From NCBI GenBank assembly GCA_945871005.1, contig CAMBUJ010000042.1, positions 1-20,282 on the forward strand: a stretch of 20,282 nt of DNA. Reading direction: 5' to 3'. The stretch is from Opitutus sp. GAS368 (lineage in GTDB: Bacteria; Verrucomicrobiota; Verrucomicrobiia; Opitutales; Opitutaceae). Shown here piece after piece: positions 15,451 to 20,282 of the stretch (the stretch's first letter is position 1; every line of letters starts with the position of its first letter). Below the pieces are notes generated by a model. The model did no database searches. It saw nothing but the letters and a program-made list of their open reading frames with translations, and was not told the origin of the DNA. The position numbers were made by a program, and so were the translations under genes.

Positions 15451-16878
15451 TTAGTGGTGGTCGTGGCCGTGAACGTCGGCCTGCGGCATGACCGACTTGA
15501 TTTCGGCCATGGGCATGACCGGCAAGAAGCGGATGAAGAGCAGGAACAACACGCTGAACACGCCAAAGGTACCGAAGAAGGTGAAGATTTCGACGATCGA
15601 GGGGCTGTAGTAACCCCACGAGGACGGCAGGAAGTCGCGGGCCAGCGAGGTGACGATGATCACGAAGCGCTCGAACCACATACCCACGTTGACGAAAATC
15701 GAGAGGATCCAGACCAGCGCGGTGTTTTCGCGGACTTTTTTGAACCAGAAGAACTGCGGGGTGATAACGTTGCAGCTAATCATGATCCAGTAAGCCCAGG
15801 CGTAGTGACCGAAGGCGCGGTTGATGAAGGCGAAACCTTCGTTGGGGTTCGCACCGTACCAGGCGATGAAGAACTCCATGCCGTAGGCGTAACCGACGAT
15901 CGTGCCGGTGGCCAAAACGATCTTACACATACAGTCGATGTGATACTGGGTGATCAGATCCTGCATGCCGTAGATGGCGCGCAGCGGGAGCATCAGGGTC
16001 AGCACCATGCCGAAACCCGAGAAGATCGCGCCGGCCACGAAGTACGGAGGGAAGATGGTGGTGTGCCAGCCCGGGAGCAGCGACACGGCGAAGTCGAACG
16101 ACACGATCGTGTGCACCGACAACACCAGCGGGGTGGAGATACCGGCCAAGATGAGGTAAGCCATCTCGTAGTTGCTCCAGTGACGGTTCGACCCGCGCCA
16201 ACCCAAGGCGAAGAAGCCGTAGCAGAACGAACGCACCTTGTTACCGGCCTTGAAGAAGCGGTCGCGAAGGACAGCCAAGTCGGGCAACAAACCGACATAC
16301 CAGAACAGCACCGAAACGGTACCGTAGGTGGAGACGGCGAACACGTCCCACTCCAGCGGTGAACGGTAGTTCTGCCAGATTGCGTTACTGTTCGGGATCG
16401 GGAACAGGTACCAGGCGAACCAGACGCGACCGACGTGGAACACCGGGAAGATACCGGCGCAAACCACGGCGAAAATCGTCATCGCCTCGGCGGCGCGATT
16501 GATCGAGGTACGCCATTTCTGGCGCAACAAGCACAAGATCGCCGAAATGAGCGTACCGGCGTGACCGATACCGATCCAGAACACGAAGTTAACGATGTCC
16601 CAGGCCCAGTTAACCGGGTTGGCGTGGCCCCAAACACCGACGCCCGTGGAAACGAGGTAGGTGACGCCGGCGACGGTGAACGAGGCGACGCAGCAGGCGA
16701 GGACGAAGCAAACCCACCACCAGGTGGGGGTCTTGCCTTCGATGATGCCGCAGATCTTGTCGGTCACCCAACCAAAGCTCCGGTTGTTTTCAACCAGAGT
16801 GGCGCGGGGGAACGGGGTCGGATTAACCTCGTTGAGGATGGCCGGCTGAGCGGCGGATGTGTGTGCGTGAGAGGCCAT
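15451..16878 (-). CDS. actC: Alternative complex III subunit ActC (NrfD/PsrC-family quinol-interacting membrane subunit)
   Basis: 475-aa polytopic protein of NrfD-like architecture ([21 protein letters not shown] motifs). Its start overlaps the actB stop by 1 nt (TAATG). Confidence 0.9.
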   Translation of the reverse strand: MASHAHTSAAQPAILNEVNPTPFPRATLVENNRSFGWVTDKICGIIEGKTPTWWWVCFVLACCVASFTVAGVTYLVSTGVGVWGHANPVNWAWDIVNFVFWIGIGHAGTLISAILCLLRQKWRTSINRAAEAMTIFAVVCAGIFPVFHVGRVWFAWYLFPIPNSNAIWQNYRSPLEWDVFAVSTYGTVSVLFWYVGLLPDLAVLRDRFFKAGNKVRSFCYGFFALGWRGSNRHWSNYEMAYLILAGISTPLVLSVHTIVSFDFAVSLLPGWHTTIFPPYFVAGAIFSGFGMVLTLMLPLRAIYGMQDLITQYHIDCMCKIVLATGTIVGYAYGMEFFIAWYGANPNEGFAFINRAFGHYAWAYWIMISCNVITPQFFWFKKVRENTALVWILSIFVNVGMWFERFVIIVTSLARDFLPSSWGYYSPSIVEIFTFFGTFGVFSVLFLLFIRFLPVMPMAEIKSVMPQADVHGHDHH

Positions 16879-19800
16879 TAGCTATTTCCTCCGAAGAGGT
16901 TGGTGCCGAGAAGTGAGCTGTGTTTCTGCGGATGCGCGGCGGCGGGAGCGTGGCCGTGGTCGTCATGACCGTGGCCGTGCGCGGGTTCTTTGCCGAAGAG
17001 CGGGTTGTTCTTCTTCTCGTACTCGGTGCGGCTGAGCGGGAGCGAAGCGTAGTCCGGCATGGCCGGGTTCGGGTTGCGCAGCTTGCCGAGGTAAGTGGTG
17101 CGGGGACGGATGTTGAGGTAACCGAGCAAGGCGTAGTCCTGCTCGAGGGCCTTGGCCTTGGATACGGCGCTGGTCGGATCCTTGATGTTACCGAAGGTGA
17201 CCGCGTCGGCCGGGCAAACCTGTTGGCAAGCCGTGCGGATAGTGCCATCGGGAATCGCCACGTTGTCGGAGGCGCCCGCCTTCACCTTCTGCTTGATCTT
17301 GGCCTGCTGGATGCGTTGCACGCAATAGGTGCACTTCTCCATCACGCCGCGCATACGCACGGTGACGTCGGGGTTTTTGACCATCTTGACCAGCTCCGGC
17401 ATGCCGGACTGACCGAGCGGCCCCATGTACAACTCGTCGAGTGAACGCTTGTTCCAATCGAAGAAGTTGAAACGGCGCACCTTGTAAGGGCAATTGTTCG
17501 CGCAATAACGCGTGCCGATGCAACGGTTGTAGGCCATCGTGTTGAGGCCTTCCTCGTCGTGGACGGTGGCGTTGACCGGGCAGACGATTTCGCACGGGGC
17601 GAGTTCGCAATGTTGGCAACCCACCGGCTGGAGCGAGACTTGCGGATCCTCGGGGAGGACCTTGTTGCCCGGGCCACCGAAGGCGGCGGCCTCGATCTGG
17701 CCGTCGGAGTAGTAGCGGTCCAAACGGATCCAGTGCATCTCACGACCGCGCAGGACCTGGTCCTTGCCGACGATCGGGATGTTGTTCTCGGCTTGGCAGG
17801 CGACAACGCAAGCGTTGCAGCCGATGCAGGTGTTCAGGTCGATCGACATGCCCCACTGGTGAACACCGGTGAGTTCCTCGTGATCGTAGAGAGACTGACC
17901 ACGCGGGATTTTGCCGGCGATGATCGCCTTGCGCTTGGCGCGATCCTCGGGCGTGAGCTTGGCAAGCTCCTCGTTGGAGTCGGACTCGCCCAAGTTGGCC
18001 GGAGCGTGGGACTCGATGCCGAACTTGTTAACGAAACCCAGATCGGTGGAGCCGTCCTCAGCGAAGTTGGATTCGCGGACGATCTCGCGGCCTTCCATCG
18101 ACCAGTGCTCTTGGGTGTTGGCCAGGTCGTAGACCTCGCTGGTGACCTTGATGGTGGCACCGGTGGCGAAACCGAGCGTGCCGGTGGTGCGGGCCGGGTA
18201 GAAGTTGTGGCCGACGCCCTTGCCGACGCGACCCGAGACCGTGCGGCCGTAGCCGAGCGGGAGCACGAGGGTGTAGTTGGACAGACCTGGCTGGATGTGG
18301 AGCGGACCGCGGACGGTGACGCCGTTGACGGTCACTTCGCCGATAAAGGCCTGCTCTTTGCCCTGCTTGAGGTTGGCGTTTTCTTTGCGGGCGACCTGAA
18401 ACAGCGAACCTTCCGGATCGATGCCGAGGTGCAGGGCCAGACGCGGGCTGACGAGGATCGCGTTATCCCAAGAAATCTTGGTGATCGGATCCGGGCACTC
18501 TTGGAGCCAACCGTTGTTGGCGAAGCGACCGTCGTCGACCTTGGCGTCGAAGCTAAAGCGCACTTCGAGGTTGGTCTCGGAGAGGGCGCTGTAGCTGGGC
18601 GCGAGGGCGAACAGCGGGGACAGACCGGCGGCGTTGAAGCTCACATCGGCCTTCTTGTAGGCGGAACCCACGAGCAGACCGTCATGCAAGAACTGGCGGA
18701 ACACGTGGTCGGCGTTACCGCCGCCAATGATGCCCGTGATGGTGTTGTAAACCTGGGTGTACGGATCGGTGATGGTTTCGCCGGCGATGCGGGCTAGAAC
18801 CTCGATCTCGGTCAGGCCGTTGAACAACGGCATGACCATCGGCTGCACCGGGACGATCGTGCCGTCGGCGGTGCGGGCGTCGCCCCACGACTCGAGGTAG
18901 TGGGCGGCCTGAATGTGCGTGCCGGAAACCGCGGAGGTTTCGTCAACGTAGTAGCCGTAACGCACCACGTCGGGCACGGCTTTGAGCAACTCGGCGAAAC
19001 CGAGGTCAGCAGGAGCGTCGTAAGCGGGATTGCCGCCGAGGATAACCAGCGACTTGACCGAACCGGCCTTGAGGGCGGCGGCAAGCGTCGAGATGGTCGC
19101 GGCGGTGTTGGCGGGAACTTCGACGAAGTCGACCGTCTTACCGACGTTCTTGAGGAACACGTTGAGCGCGTAGGCGATCGCGTGAACCTGGGGCGGCAGG
19201 TGGCTGCCGGCGACGATCACACACTCACCCTTGTGGGCGAGCAGGTCTTTGGCGCAGGCGTCGAGCCACTTGTCCTGATCCTTGAAGGTCAGGCCTTGGG
19301 CCAACGTGCTGAAGTTGGCGTCACCGGTCAATTTGCCCGCGAGGGCGGCGGTGAAGGCCAACATGTGGCTGCTGGCCAGACGGAGGCGGTGATCGGCCAT
19401 CGAACCGACGAGCGAGAAGCTGCTCTCGATCGAATAAAGGCGGTTCATCGCATCGGTCTTGCTGACGACCTTGCGGCCCTTGGCGAAATCGCGGGCGTAG
19501 GCCAGCGAATGCGCCTCGGTTTGGAAGAAGTCGGCATCGATCGCGACAATGCGCTTGGCCTTGGCGAACTGGTAGAGCGGCTTGACGCTCTGGCCAAAAA
19601 CGGCCTGGGCGGCGGAGGCGGAAGCCTCGTCTTGACCTGCCTCGTATTCGGCCCAGATCGCGGCGGGGAATTTCTTCTTCAGCTTGGCGACCAGCGCGGC
19701 GCGGGTCGGCGAGCTGGATTGGCCGGCCAGGAAGGCGAGACCGGCGCCGGAGGTGGCGGCGGCATCAGCGCCAATCTTGGCGAGCAAATCCTGGACGGCG

Positions 19801-20282
19801 GCAGCGGTGACGGCGGCACCCTTAACGGTGGCGACGCTCGCGCGGTCCGGATCGTAGAGGTCGAGGACGGAGGCCTGGACGAAGGCGTTGGAGCCACCGC
19901 CGTAGGGCGCGTAGGTCGGGTTGCCTTCGATCTTGGTCGGACGACCCTCGTGGGTCTCGGCCAGAATCGGCACGGCGCCCCGGCGCGTCGGCATGGCCGA
20001 GGCGAAATAAAGCGGCAGACCGGAAATGGCGTCCTCCACGGACTTGCCGTAGGGCAGGATGTTCTTTTCCGGACGGCGGCAGCCGGCGGCCAGACCGACG
20101 CCACCGAGGGCGAAGGAGGCGGCCATCAGCTTAAAGAACTGGCGGCGGTCAACGCCGTTCAGGTTCGAAGCGTCGGCAGGGAACTCGCGTTCAACCTGGG
20201 CCTTGAAGCCCGGGGTGGCGGCGAGTTCGTCGAGGCTGCGCCAGTATTTCGGACCAGACAGTTCGCTGGCGGACGGAGCGGG
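16878..20282 (-). CDS. actB: Alternative complex III subunit ActB (fused molybdopterin-oxidoreductase-like B1 domain and 4x Fe-S ferredoxin-like B2 domain); 5' end off-window
   Basis: The reading frame stays open upstream of the ATG at 20126 to the window edge, reading [56 protein letters not shown]. That gives a twin-arginine signal (DRRQFFKL) followed by a lipobox-like LAAGC. The ActB block [10 protein letters not shown]...[12 protein letters not shown] is present and there is no N-terminal FS0 Cys motif. The C-terminal half has Fe-S motifs [37 protein letters not shown] and CTYC...CQQVCP. Confidence 0.9.
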   Translation of the reverse strand, partial: PAPSASELSGPKYWRSLDELAATPGFKAQVEREFPADASNLNGVDRRQFFKLMAASFALGGVGLAAGCRRPEKNILPYGKSVEDAISGLPLYFASAMPTRRGAVPILAETHEGRPTKIEGNPTYAPYGGGSNAFVQASVLDLYDPDRASVATVKGAAVTAAAVQDLLAKIGADAAATSGAGLAFLAGQSSSPTRAALVAKLKKKFPAAIWAEYEAGQDEASASAAQAVFGQSVKPLYQFAKAKRIVAIDADFFQTEAHSLAYARDFAKGRKVVSKTDAMNRLYSIESSFSLVGSMADHRLRLASSHMLAFTAALAGKLTGDANFSTLAQGLTFKDQDKWLDACAKDLLAHKGECVIVAGSHLPPQVHAIAYALNVFLKNVGKTVDFVEVPANTAATISTLAAALKAGSVKSLVILGGNPAYDAPADLGFAELLKAVPDVVRYGYYVDETSAVSGTHIQAAHYLESWGDARTADGTIVPVQPMVMPLFNGLTEIEVLARIAGETITDPYTQVYNTITGIIGGGNADHVFRQFLHDGLLVGSAYKKADVSFNAAGLSPLFALAPSYSALSETNLEVRFSFDAKVDDGRFANNGWLQECPDPITKISWDNAILVSPRLALHLGIDPEGSLFQVARKENANLKQGKEQAFIGEVTVNGVTVRGPLHIQPGLSNYTLVLPLGYGRTVSGRVGKGVGHNFYPARTTGTLGFATGATIKVTSEVYDLANTQEHWSMEGREIVRESNFAEDGSTDLGFVNKFGIESHAPANLGESDSNEELAKLTPEDRAKRKAIIAGKIPRGQSLYDHEELTGVHQWGMSIDLNTCIGCNACVVACQAENNIPIVGKDQVLRGREMHWIRLDRYYSDGQIEAAAFGGPGNKVLPEDPQVSLQPVGCQHCELAPCEIVCPVNATVHDEEGLNTMAYNRCIGTRYCANNCPYKVRRFNFFDWNKRSLDELYMGPLGQSGMPELVKMVKNPDVTVRMRGVMEKCTYCVQRIQQAKIKQKVKAGASDNVAIPDGTIRTACQQVCPADAVTFGNIKDPTSAVSKAKALEQDYALLGYLNIRPRTTYLGKLRNPNPAMPDYASLPLSRTEYEKKNNPLFGKEPAHGHGHDDHGHAPAAAHPQKHSSLLGTNLFGGNS

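Noticed and set aside
276-20282. Functional link between the Moco operon and the molybdopterin-oxidoreductase-like ActB in the same window
   Set aside because: ACIII ActB is established as a Moco-less relic of the complex iron-sulfur molybdoenzyme family, and this ActB also lacks the N-terminal FS0 Cys motif. The two loci are on opposite strands, separated by unrelated helicase and transporter genes, so the co-location is probably coincidental.
1-20282. CRISPR arrays, tRNA/rRNA genes, transposases, integrases and prophage genes
   Set aside because: I scanned for regularly spaced direct repeats, cloverleaf-like or rRNA-like segments and mobile-element ORFs and found none. The only repeats are the palindromic intergenic elements reported above.

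Overview
This is a GC-rich bacterial chromosomal window with three blocks. (1) Plus strand, about 276-5487: a nearly complete molybdenum-cofactor (Moco) biosynthesis operon, moaA-moaD-moaE-moeA-moaC-mog-MOSC-mobA. Several junctions are overlapping or very tight. Two spacers are filled by related long palindromic repeat elements. (2) Plus strand, 5537-9369: a DEAD-box (DECD variant) RNA helicase with a DbpA-type C-terminal RNA-binding domain, then an SGLT-like sodium:solute symporter, each followed by hairpin terminators. (3) Minus strand, 20282 down to 9760: an Alternative Complex III (ACIII) operon, actB (5' end off-window)-actC-actD-actE-actF. It runs through overlapping start/stop codons into a small membrane protein, a CcoN-like heme-copper-oxidase subunit I homolog, a CcoO-like monoheme cytochrome and a membrane-anchored monoheme cytochrome c. 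The most interesting observation is that the CcoN-like protein is full length and aligns without gaps to canonical cbb3 CcoN motifs. At every canonical metal-ligand position (six His plus the cross-linked Tyr) it carries a non-ligand residue, while its CcoO partner keeps its heme site. This suggests an ACIII-linked, catalytically dead 'pseudo-cbb3' module of unknown role. Many long ORFs antisense to real genes are GC-driven artefacts. No rRNA, tRNA, CRISPR array, transposase or integrase was seen.
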